A stretch of DNA of 27,299 nucleotides from a virus (lineage: Duplodnaviria > Caudoviricetes), in the IMG/VR virus record IMGVR_UViG_3300023173_000089, positions 1-27,299 of that record; one strand, given 5' to 3'. Below the pieces are notes generated by a model that saw only the letters and a list, made by a program, of their open reading frames with translations, searched no databases and had not been told where the DNA came from. Shown here piece after piece: positions 9,901 to 17,370 of the stretch. The translations under genes and the position numbers were made by a program. The first letter of the stretch is position 1. Each line of letters begins with the position of its first letter.

Positions 9901-9901
9901 A

Positions 9902-10543
9902 TTAATCTCTCCTATACTTCAGGTTGTTTATAAATTGTGTCACCTCTTCCTGGAGATAACGTTGTGCTCTGTCGTCGTGCTTAACAGCTGAAGCAACATC
10001 CATCAGTACATTACCCCTTCTATGATTCATAATTCTTTCATAGATTGGATCGGGATAAGCATCTGGAGCACTTGGATTGGCAACAATGTCTACGGTAATG
10101 ATTTCAAAATCTTTAACATGACCGCTTTCATTTACGTTGCCACTGCCTCTGCTTGACACGCCTAGTTTGACACCGCTTTCCAATAGGGTTTTACAAATGT
10201 TTCCCATTGGAGTCGGAAGTATTTTCAGTTTGCCAATACCGTTGTTACCATCAATATCCATCTCTGTAATCATGTGTGACACACGATCAAGATTAATATT
10301 AAGGTCGTCTGGGTGATCAGCTTCACCTAAAACACTAAATCCTTTTTTAATTTTTTCATTGATTGCTTTAACTGCAGTATGAATTTCTTTAGCAGGATAA
10401 ATTCTATTGTTTTGGTTACGTACATCACCTTCGATAAAGATACCTTTCATATATAGGCTTTTGCCACCGTCAGATTCTTCAATCGCTTCGGTGACAATAT
10501 TAGCCTGATTATATGTTAAGTGCTCTTGTAAAGACTTATACAT
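9902..10543 (-). CDS. gp21: Prohead core protease, gp21-like
   Basis: NQNNRIYP, LGEADHP, LGVSSRGSG and DIVANPSAPDA motifs. Confidence 0.95.
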   Translation of the reverse strand: MYKSLQEHLTYNQANIVTEAIEESDGGKSLYMKGIFIEGDVRNQNNRIYPAKEIHTAVKAINEKIKKGFSVLGEADHPDDLNINLDRVSHMITEMDIDGNNGIGKLKILPTPMGNICKTLLESGVKLGVSSRGSGNVNESGHVKDFEIITVDIVANPSAPDAYPDPIYERIMNHRRGNVLMDVASAVKHDDRAQRYLQEEVTQFINNLKYRRD

Positions 10544-10546
10544 AAC

Positions 10547-11344
10547 TTACTTCATTTCTCTTTTTGGTTTTGGTGCTGGCTTTGGGTCGCCTGCATCTTC
10601 TGGTCCTGTTACACCCATGTCTTTAGCTGCTGGTGCTTTTGGACTTTTTTCTTCTGAGCCTGCCATGTCAACTGCTTTACCACCCATGTCATTTTTACCT
10701 GCAACTGGTGATGCGCCGCTGTCTGTATTGTCTGGCATGCTTACGTTAACTTTTGATAGCTCTACGCCTTCTTCTAGACCGTCGAACTCTTCTTCTAGTT
10801 CTTCATCGTCTGAATCGTCGTCTGCTGCTTCGAACGCAATTTCTTCTTCCATTTCTGGTTCTTCTTCTGCTGGTTCGTCGCCCATCATGTCTGCAAATGC
10901 TGCACGTAGTTCTGCGATTGCATCTTCAACGTTTGCCATTGCTTCTTCTGCTTCTGGTGCTTCTTCTTCGCCTTCGTCGTCCATGTCCATTGCCATGTCC
11001 ATTTCAGCGTCATCTGCATCCATGTCTTCTTCGTCTTCGTCTTCGCCGAAAACTTCTTCTGCGTCGATTTCATCTTCAGCTGACTCGATGTCATCTAAAA
11101 AATCTTCTTCTGCATCATATGAATCAATTGCTTCTTCAACTTCTTCTTCTGATACATTGTATGTTTCGTCTAAGTCTTCTTCTTGAATATCTTCTTCTAC
11201 TGACTCATCACTTTCTGAAAGTGCTGACCAGTGATTTTTTGCTTTTTCAACAAAAATGTCGTGTAGAAGATCAGATGCCTTCTCACGCTCTTCATTTACA
11301 AGATACTCAAGGACTTTAACTAGTGAATCCTTGTGATTGCTCAT
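10547..11344 (-). CDS. Highly acidic prohead core protein (positional analogue of T4 gp67/gp68)
   Basis: D/E-rich low-complexity protein with many I/L-x-E sites, between portal and protease. RBS AAGGAG. Confidence 0.65.
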   Translation of the reverse strand: MSNHKDSLVKVLEYLVNEEREKASDLLHDIFVEKAKNHWSALSESDESVEEDIQEEDLDETYNVSEEEVEEAIDSYDAEEDFLDDIESAEDEIDAEEVFGEDEDEEDMDADDAEMDMAMDMDDEGEEEAPEAEEAMANVEDAIAELRAAFADMMGDEPAEEEPEMEEEIAFEAADDDSDDEELEEEFDGLEEGVELSKVNVSMPDNTDSGASPVAGKNDMGGKAVDMAGSEEKSPKAPAAKDMGVTGPEDAGDPKPAPKPKREMK

Positions 11345-11396
11345 TATATATCTCCTTAAAATATTTTCAGGCTTACCATGACTGGTTTACAGTTAT

Positions 11397-11404
11397 TATT
11401 TAGT
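11397..11404 (-). promoter_or_regulatory. Late promoter variant (ACTAAATA) for the core/protease/scaffold/capsid operon
   Basis: TAAATA core ~50 nt upstream of the 11344 start. Confidence 0.6.
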
Positions 11405-11488
11405 AACCAAGACGTTTTACCAGGTAAAAAGGGTGTAAAAACGGTACTTTTTGACTAATTGTCAAAGATAAGTATATATTACACTGAA

Positions 11489-11689
11489 TTATTCGGTAGG
11501 TGCACGGTAGATTTGCTGTACTTTTTCTAGTCTACTAGCATGTTCTACTTTATGAATCTCACGTTGTTTACGTAATCTATTAAGATGTTTCAGTGTTAAT
11601 CTGCTACGTCTAACATCGTTAATATCACGATTGCTGTATTCATCGTCTTGTGCTTCGTAGTATTCTCTTAAAAATTCTCCACTACGCAT
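11489..11689 (-). CDS. Small basic head-module protein (66 aa)
   Basis: TAATG-coupled to the portal stop; contains RSRLTLKHLNRLRK; position suggests a prohead core protein. Confidence 0.75.
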   Translation of the reverse strand: MRSGEFLREYYEAQDDEYSNRDINDVRRSRLTLKHLNRLRKQREIHKVEHASRLEKVQQIYRAPTE

Positions 11690-13374
11690 TATACTTCTCC
11701 CCCAGGCGCTGCAGGTGTTGTTGCATTCTCTGAACCTGTAATTGGCGAGTCGCCGCTTTCAGTATCGCCTGCTTCTAAATCTCCCATGTCAGGAACACCT
11801 TCTCCGTTGTCTACATCAAATCCTCTAACACCAACACTACCCAGTCCTGGCATTCCGTCGGCATCGGGTGATGTTCCTGATTTATTTTCTTCTAACCATA
11901 GACGTTCATTTTCTAAAATCTCATCTTCAGTTAACCCTAAGTACTTGCTTAAAATAAAGCGTCTACTTAGATACGGTGATCCTTCTAAGCCGCCAAATAC
12001 ATTAGCACGGGCAGCATGTATTTCGATTTCTTTATACTGACTAAAGCTCTGTGGCTCTACAAATTGTATATTGAAAATACTAGTATCAATTGTAATTCCT
12101 CTGTTCTTTAAGAACAGTTTAAACTCTTTGTCAAATGTTGGCGCAATAATTTTTTGCAGTCTTTGACAGTACTGATTGAATCTATATTCTTGAATAAACG
12201 CTGTGCCTACACGACCGTCTACATGTGTTGCTGTTCCATCTTCCGGTCCGGTTGGTAAGTAGCTGCTTGGAACACGCAGTGCTCTTAGCATTTTATTTGT
12301 AAAGTAACGCAAGTCATCAATCTGTCCCAAGTTCTCGCCACCTGGTAGTACTTCAACTTTTGAACCTCTACCTTCTGCAGTTTGTGCAAAAAAGTAGTCT
12401 TCCATAATACTCAACGGGTTATATGCAGCATCCATAATAGTTGTGCCGCCGCCGGTTTTACTTGGAATACGCTTTTGATGAATTTCGTTTTTAACACGCT
12501 CAACAAAGCCCATTGCTTTGTTTGCTGGCATGTTACCTACGTCTACATAAAATACTCTACGTTCTGGTGCACGTTGCACACGGTAGATAATGATACTATC
12601 TTCTAACAGTTCTTTTTGTTTGTAAGTTTTAAAGATTGGATCAAGTATACTTGCACCAAACGGATAGTCACTGTCCATACCTTCTGTAAGTGCTGCATGG
12701 ATAACATGTGTTGCATCTACGTTGTATTCTTGAATGTTTCCTACACCACTGTTAGCGTAGTTGCCTGAGCCTGCACCATAACCGTTACGGTCAATAGTGT
12801 TACCACGCATCATACTATTAACAGTACTGTAAGTATTAGCATGTTGTACAGGCTCACTTACAGTTTTTGTTTTCATGTTTAAGTCTAAGTTTTTAACTAT
12901 GTATTGCTCTGGCTCTTTGCCTTCCGCTTCATTGATAATAACTTTAGTAACGTCAACAGGGTTAACATAATATAACTCCCATGTTTCTGGATCACGAATG
13001 AAAAACTGATCGCCATACTTTACAGCATTGCGGAATGTTTTAAATAATCGTCTGTCCCAGTCTTGCAAGTTACACCACTGACGAAGTGATTGCTCTAAAA
13101 TTTTAGCTTCACTTTCAGTAGTATCACCTACATAATCAATTGCAAACGGTAAATTGTTTGTTTCGTCTAATTGTGTGCTAAACTCAGCAATAATATCAAG
13201 GGCAGCATTGATTTCACTGTCCATGTCCATCTGGTCATACTGTGCATATCTTTCAACACGGTTAGGTTGACCGCTGTATACTTCAGGTAACCAGCTTTGG
13301 AAACGGCTAGCACTGCTAGGTTTCATCTCAGAATTTTGTCCCTGATATACAGTAAAATGTTTTTTCCAACTCAT
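11689..13374 (-). CDS. gp20: Portal vertex protein, gp20-like
   Basis: LLEDSIIIYRVQRAPERRVFYVDVGNMP, EDYFF, GSKVEVLPGGENLGQIDDLRYF and LRVPSSYL motifs. Confidence 0.97.
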   Translation of the reverse strand: MSWKKHFTVYQGQNSEMKPSSASRFQSWLPEVYSGQPNRVERYAQYDQMDMDSEINAALDIIAEFSTQLDETNNLPFAIDYVGDTTESEAKILEQSLRQWCNLQDWDRRLFKTFRNAVKYGDQFFIRDPETWELYYVNPVDVTKVIINEAEGKEPEQYIVKNLDLNMKTKTVSEPVQHANTYSTVNSMMRGNTIDRNGYGAGSGNYANSGVGNIQEYNVDATHVIHAALTEGMDSDYPFGASILDPIFKTYKQKELLEDSIIIYRVQRAPERRVFYVDVGNMPANKAMGFVERVKNEIHQKRIPSKTGGGTTIMDAAYNPLSIMEDYFFAQTAEGRGSKVEVLPGGENLGQIDDLRYFTNKMLRALRVPSSYLPTGPEDGTATHVDGRVGTAFIQEYRFNQYCQRLQKIIAPTFDKEFKLFLKNRGITIDTSIFNIQFVEPQSFSQYKEIEIHAARANVFGGLEGSPYLSRRFILSKYLGLTEDEILENERLWLEENKSGTSPDADGMPGLGSVGVRGFDVDNGEGVPDMGDLEAGDTESGDSPITGSENATTPAAPGGEV

Positions 13375-13392
13375 AAGAATACTCTTTTTTCT

Positions 13393-13420
13393 ATTATACT
13401 ATATTTATCGAAGTTGTCAA
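13393..13420 (-). promoter_or_regulatory. Sigma70-consensus promoter with a nested late promoter upstream of portal
   Basis: TTGACA (13420-13415), 16-nt spacer, TATAAT (13398-13393); GATAAATA (13409-13402) lies in the spacer. Confidence 0.65.
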
Positions 13421-13425
13421 GTGTT

Positions 13426-15414
13426 TTAATCAGTGCTTGGATTCAACGATGGCAGAATTGTGTTGAGCCTTGCGATAGCAGTAGCTAGTGCCTGATTTAT
13501 GCTAGCCCCGTTATCGATAGAGTTTTTAATGTCAGTAGACATATTTGCCCATGTCTCTAAAAAACCATCAAACATGCCTGCCAATGGATTAGTTTGAATC
13601 GGATCACCATTTTCATCGTATCCAGTTATTTCATTTTCTCCAAACATGTTTTTTATTACTTCTTGTAGTTCGGGCCCAAGTTCATCTCCTTCCAAGCCTA
13701 ATGCAAGTAGTCTTAATTGTGCTGCTCCAGGAAGTCCAAGTGCTCCGAGTATGCTTGCCATGAATGCAACATTTTCACCTTGGGCTGCACTTTGATTTTC
13801 TCTTAATAATCCTAACAGACCTTGTGCACCAGATAACATCGTAGTTGTTTCTGTCATAAAGCTAACTGCATCCCTAAAGCCATCCGATGACGGCAAGTCT
13901 GCAAGAGCTCTAACAAATTTTGGAAATTCGTTACCAGTAATGTCCATGTCAAACGCTTCTGTAATTTCTTCCATTAGTGTAGTTCTCAGTGTTGCTGCAA
14001 ATTTTCCCATTTCTGCCGCTGTACCAGACAGTGCTAACTGTCCGGCTTCTGCTGCTTCTGTCATTTTAAGTGCAGTTTCATTTAATTTTTCAACACTTCC
14101 AGCAAGTGTATCTGATCCGCTGCTAACAGATTCTAATCTAGCTTGTAGTAAAGCTGTTGCACCGTTGATACCAGCTCTACTTGCTCGTATTACACTTTCC
14201 GAAGGAGTCAATTCTTTAAATTGATTTGCTAGTTGATCTGCAGTCCCTTTTAGAGTCTGTGGATCAGCACCAGCTAAAATCATTTGTTGCATTTGTTCTA
14301 ATGCCCCACGAAGATCAATTCCTTCAGCCTGAGCGAATGCAGCAAATTCAGAAAATCCTTCATTCATTGAATCCATCGGTAGTCCGGCTAGTAAGTTACT
14401 CATTGCTGTATCTAACATTGGTCCTGCACTACCACCAAGTTGTGTTAATCCTTCGATAGCACTGTTAGCTGCTACCCGTTGTTTTTCATTTAGTCTGGCT
14501 AGCATTGCGGCATTAGTTGCATCTTGTCTAAAGTTTTGACTTGCTTTGATTCTGTCTTGTATATCTTGTCCAGTTAAACTAGCCATTTGCTCATTTAACA
14601 ATAGCTGATTTTTAATACTTGCAACCATATCAGCTTGTGCAGTAGCAGATGACATATCTGTTTGTAACATACCACGTCTAATTTCTGCTTCGTCTGCAAG
14701 TAGCCTTGCCATTTCTTTACTGTTCAGTCCAAAGTAACCGAATTCTTTAATACCGTTTCTTAGTTGAGATGTTAATGATAAAAAGTTTTTAGCACCGGTT
14801 GTTGTATTATCACCTAATGCTCTGATTGCAATACCTGTTTGTCCTGTAATTTCACCAAACTGTTCTAAACTTAATCCAATCTCAGATGACTTAGTTTTAA
14901 ATTCTTCTAAATCTTCTGCATAACCTGTGCCAACTCTGCGCAAGTTAGACATAGAATTACCAAACTCTTCAAAAATACCAAACAAAGTTCCTAACTGTGC
15001 ACCCATTGCACCCAAACCAAGAGATCCTAGCATCTCTTCTGCCATAGTAGAACCTTTTTCGTCTCCAGCACTACTAGTAAGTCTATTAAAAACTCCGCCT
15101 GTAGAAGAAACAACTCGGCCACCTGCAGTTGCTACACCGCCAAATGCTCCACGCATTTTGCCAAACATACTGCCTAATCTGCTGTCAGATTTTCTACCTT
15201 CGTCTTGGATTGCTCTTATAAGTTTATCAGTGTTTTTATTTTCTGTTTGTATTTCTTTTTGTACATCTGCACCTAGTCGTTGTGCAATAGACGACAATAA
15301 TGCAGACTGTTTAGCAGATTCTGTATACAAATCTCTAAGAGTTGCTTCAGACGCAAGATCCGAAACATCTACTGTAACACTTTGTCCACCGAATGGTATT
15401 GTGACTGTTGCCAT
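13426..15414 (-). CDS. Probable tail tape measure protein (662 aa)
   Basis: Long Ala/Gly/Leu/Gln-rich, helix-favouring sequence with no enzyme motif. Adjacent to the hub/chaperone gene and preceded by a consensus late promoter. Confidence 0.65.
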   Translation of the reverse strand: MATVTIPFGGQSVTVDVSDLASEATLRDLYTESAKQSALLSSIAQRLGADVQKEIQTENKNTDKLIRAIQDEGRKSDSRLGSMFGKMRGAFGGVATAGGRVVSSTGGVFNRLTSSAGDEKGSTMAEEMLGSLGLGAMGAQLGTLFGIFEEFGNSMSNLRRVGTGYAEDLEEFKTKSSEIGLSLEQFGEITGQTGIAIRALGDNTTTGAKNFLSLTSQLRNGIKEFGYFGLNSKEMARLLADEAEIRRGMLQTDMSSATAQADMVASIKNQLLLNEQMASLTGQDIQDRIKASQNFRQDATNAAMLARLNEKQRVAANSAIEGLTQLGGSAGPMLDTAMSNLLAGLPMDSMNEGFSEFAAFAQAEGIDLRGALEQMQQMILAGADPQTLKGTADQLANQFKELTPSESVIRASRAGINGATALLQARLESVSSGSDTLAGSVEKLNETALKMTEAAEAGQLALSGTAAEMGKFAATLRTTLMEEITEAFDMDITGNEFPKFVRALADLPSSDGFRDAVSFMTETTTMLSGAQGLLGLLRENQSAAQGENVAFMASILGALGLPGAAQLRLLALGLEGDELGPELQEVIKNMFGENEITGYDENGDPIQTNPLAGMFDGFLETWANMSTDIKNSIDNGASINQALATAIARLNTILPSLNPSTD

Positions 15415-15433
15415 TAACTACTCACTTAATTCT

Positions 15434-15468
15434 GATAAATAAACTTATAAGTTATACTACTATTTATA
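15434..15468. promoter_or_regulatory. Pair of face-to-face late promoters flanking a 12-bp palindrome
   Basis: GATAAATA on + (15434-15441), TATAAATA on - (15468-15461), and AACTTATAAGTT at 15442-15453. Confidence 0.7.
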
Positions 15469-15477
15469 GGATAAATC

Positions 15478-16335
15478 ATGAGCGATCCGCTATCACACTT
15501 TTACAGAAACAAAGAAATCTTTGTAAAACTGCCCAGTAAAGGGCATTGGTACAAACAAAAACCCAATTTGACCGACGATTTTGAAATTGGAATATATCCA
15601 ATGAGTGTAAAAGACGAAGTTTTATTTAAAATTCCTGACACATTATATAACGGAGATGCAATTTTTGAAGTTATAAAAAGTATTGCTCCAGACATTATCG
15701 ACCCATATGAAATTTGTCTAGTAGACGTTGATGTACTGTTAATTGCTAGTCGAATTAATCAAAATGATGGAGAAATGAACGTAATTGCCGGATGTCCGCA
15801 CTGCAAAAAGACAAACGAATATGGTGTTGATTTAGAAAGTATACTATCACAAGTAAAGCATATACCAACACAACCAGTAGAGTTAGAATTACAAAACGGA
15901 TTACGTATTACATTTAAACCAAACACACTTGCTAGTGTTAATGCTAGTCATATTATGAATACAGAAAGTGTAAGAATTGCAGCGCAAATTACAGATGATA
16001 CAGATCCTGCATATGCAAAAGAATTATTCAGATCTAGTTTAGAAAAAACAACAGGAGCAACTATTGTTGTACTAGCAGATGCAATCGAAAATATCACCAC
16101 GCCTGACGGTACAGTAGTTGATAACATGGAAAGCATAACAAATTGGCTTTCAAATACAGATTCAGCAACAATAGAAATTATAAAGAAACACAGTTCTGTT
16201 CTTAACAATGCAGGAATGCAAAAAGAATTTACATTTGTATGCAGTAACGAAGACTGCGGAGAATCGTTCGAAGCACCTTTGGAATATAACCCAGCTTTTT
16301 TTTTCACCAGCAACTTAGACAAGCACGAGACATAA
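15478..16335 (+). CDS. Baseplate hub assembly / tail assembly chaperone, T4 gp26-like
   Basis: VKLPSKG, IYPMSVKDE, DVDVLLIASRI, CPHC and C-terminal CSNEDC...NPAFFF match the pattern of gp26-like proteins. Confidence 0.75.
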   Translation: MSDPLSHFYRNKEIFVKLPSKGHWYKQKPNLTDDFEIGIYPMSVKDEVLFKIPDTLYNGDAIFEVIKSIAPDIIDPYEICLVDVDVLLIASRINQNDGEMNVIAGCPHCKKTNEYGVDLESILSQVKHIPTQPVELELQNGLRITFKPNTLASVNASHIMNTESVRIAAQITDDTDPAYAKELFRSSLEKTTGATIVVLADAIENITTPDGTVVDNMESITNWLSNTDSATIEIIKKHSSVLNNAGMQKEFTFVCSNEDCGESFEAPLEYNPAFFFTSNLDKHET

Positions 16336-16544
16336 AAACTGTAATCAATACAGTTAAAGATAATGCTAAAAAATTTAGAAAAACAATTTTTGATTTAGTG
16401 CTTTATAGTGAAGGTAATTTTACAATGAATGATGTTTGGGGAATGCCTATGTATTATTTCAATGAAATTGTTGAAGCAATGTCATCTAAAGCAGAAAGAC
16501 AAAAGCAAGCATTATCTAAAAAGTCTAATACTCAAACATTTTAA
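16296..16544 (+). CDS. -1 frameshift extension of the gp26-like gene (predicted fusion 15478-16544, 355 aa)
   Basis: T9 run at 16296-16304. The -1 frame opens after TAA 16287-16289 and reads HQQLRQARDIKTVINTVKDNAKKFRKTIFDLVLYSEGNFTMNDVWGMPMYYFNEIVEAMSSKAERQKQALSKKSNTQTF* to TAA 16542-16544. No early start codon or RBS. Confidence 0.75.
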   Translation, partial: FFFHQQLRQARDIKTVINTVKDNAKKFRKTIFDLVLYSEGNFTMNDVWGMPMYYFNEIVEAMSSKAERQKQALSKKSNTQTF

Positions 16545-16629
16545 TTCGAAGAGCTAAAGCTCATCGTCAAACTCATTTGCATTCGTTTGAACTTTCTTCT
16601 TCTTATGATTTAGTTATTACCTTGGATTC

Positions 16630-16918
16630 AGTCGCACTTAGCCTTGTTACGGCTAAGCACAAAAAAATAACCAGAGCATTACCCCGGAAACAGACGCACC
16701 GTTATAGCGAAACCTTTTCAGGCAGAGGCGGTTGTGCGGTACCCCTTTACACGCTGCTTTCAACGCAAGCTACTAAGTTGCAATAACGGCTACTAACTTA
16801 GCATTACTCCCAGGTTACAATGGCGCAGTAGAGCCTGGTCTTTTGGTTTGTGTCCCCCAGCAAGTTCTGTTGGCAAGTACAGAGTACTGCCTCCTCAATG
16901 CTTTTAACAGAGGGGGTA
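16630..16918 (-). ncRNA. Putative large structured ncRNA of unrecognised family
   Basis: Lies in a 376-nt gap between convergent genes; ~48% GC over 16621-16920 (hand count). At least eight stems, a GAAA tetraloop and a loop-distal pseudoknot; G-U pairs work only on the minus strand. Confidence 0.65.
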
Positions 16919-16920
16919 TG

Positions 16921-17340
16921 TTATTTTTTAAGAGATTCAGTAAGAGCCTTAGATCCGCCTACACGGACATTTATTATGCCATTATAATATTCGTCAGTAA
17001 GTAATACTTCTCTGTCGAATTGTTCTTTAGCCTCGAGGTACGATAGTTGTCCTCTAGTTGTACAAAAATATAAAATTTCTCTTGTAAAGTTTTCTGTGCC
17101 TAATTTGTCAACATCTGCTTGCAAATTATCTGAAGATCCCCAATAGTCTCTCCAGTCACTTTCTACAAGTGTTCTACGTTTTCTTTTTTTGCCTTTTAGT
17201 GGTGGCCTAGTTTTTTTAAACTGTGATAGTTTTTTGCCTATATACTTTTTGCCATTAGTCAGATTTGTAATGAGGTATACAAAGCCGATAAATTCTTGTG
17301 GTATTTCCTCTACGGGTTTACCTTGGTATGTCCATTGCAT
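16921..17340 (-). CDS. Small GIY-YIG family nuclease (139 aa)
   Basis: GFVYLITN...KKYIGKK, YWGSS, FTREIL, LEAKEQ and YYNG motifs, plus a basic insert KKTRPPLKGKKRKRR. Confidence 0.85.
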   Translation of the reverse strand: MQWTYQGKPVEEIPQEFIGFVYLITNLTNGKKYIGKKLSQFKKTRPPLKGKKRKRRTLVESDWRDYWGSSDNLQADVDKLGTENFTREILYFCTTRGQLSYLEAKEQFDREVLLTDEYYNGIINVRVGGSKALTESLKK

Positions 17341-17370
17341 ACGTTATATATATCTTTGGTCCTCATAAAT

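Noticed and set aside
504-15442. Many antisense or alternative-frame ORFs (e.g. 1762-2475, 4727-5368, 10617-11186, 10753-11319, 14927-15442)
   Set aside because: They shadow well-supported genes and arise from codon bias in Gly-, Thr- or Glu-rich sequence.
16634-16667. Simple rho-independent terminator as the explanation for the strong hairpin
   Set aside because: The U-tract precedes the hairpin on the minus strand and an A-tract follows it on the plus strand, so it fits neither direction. It also would not explain the other ~250 nt of structure.
16577-16786. 69-aa plus-strand ORF in the structured interval
   Set aside because: TTG start, no RBS, no recognisable motif. The region is better explained by minus-strand base pairing.
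16630-17340. Group I intron with a GIY-YIG homing endonuclease
   Set aside because: No interrupted host gene (the flanking genes are complete and convergent), and I could not identify the P7 or other conserved core sequences. A covariance search should still confirm this.
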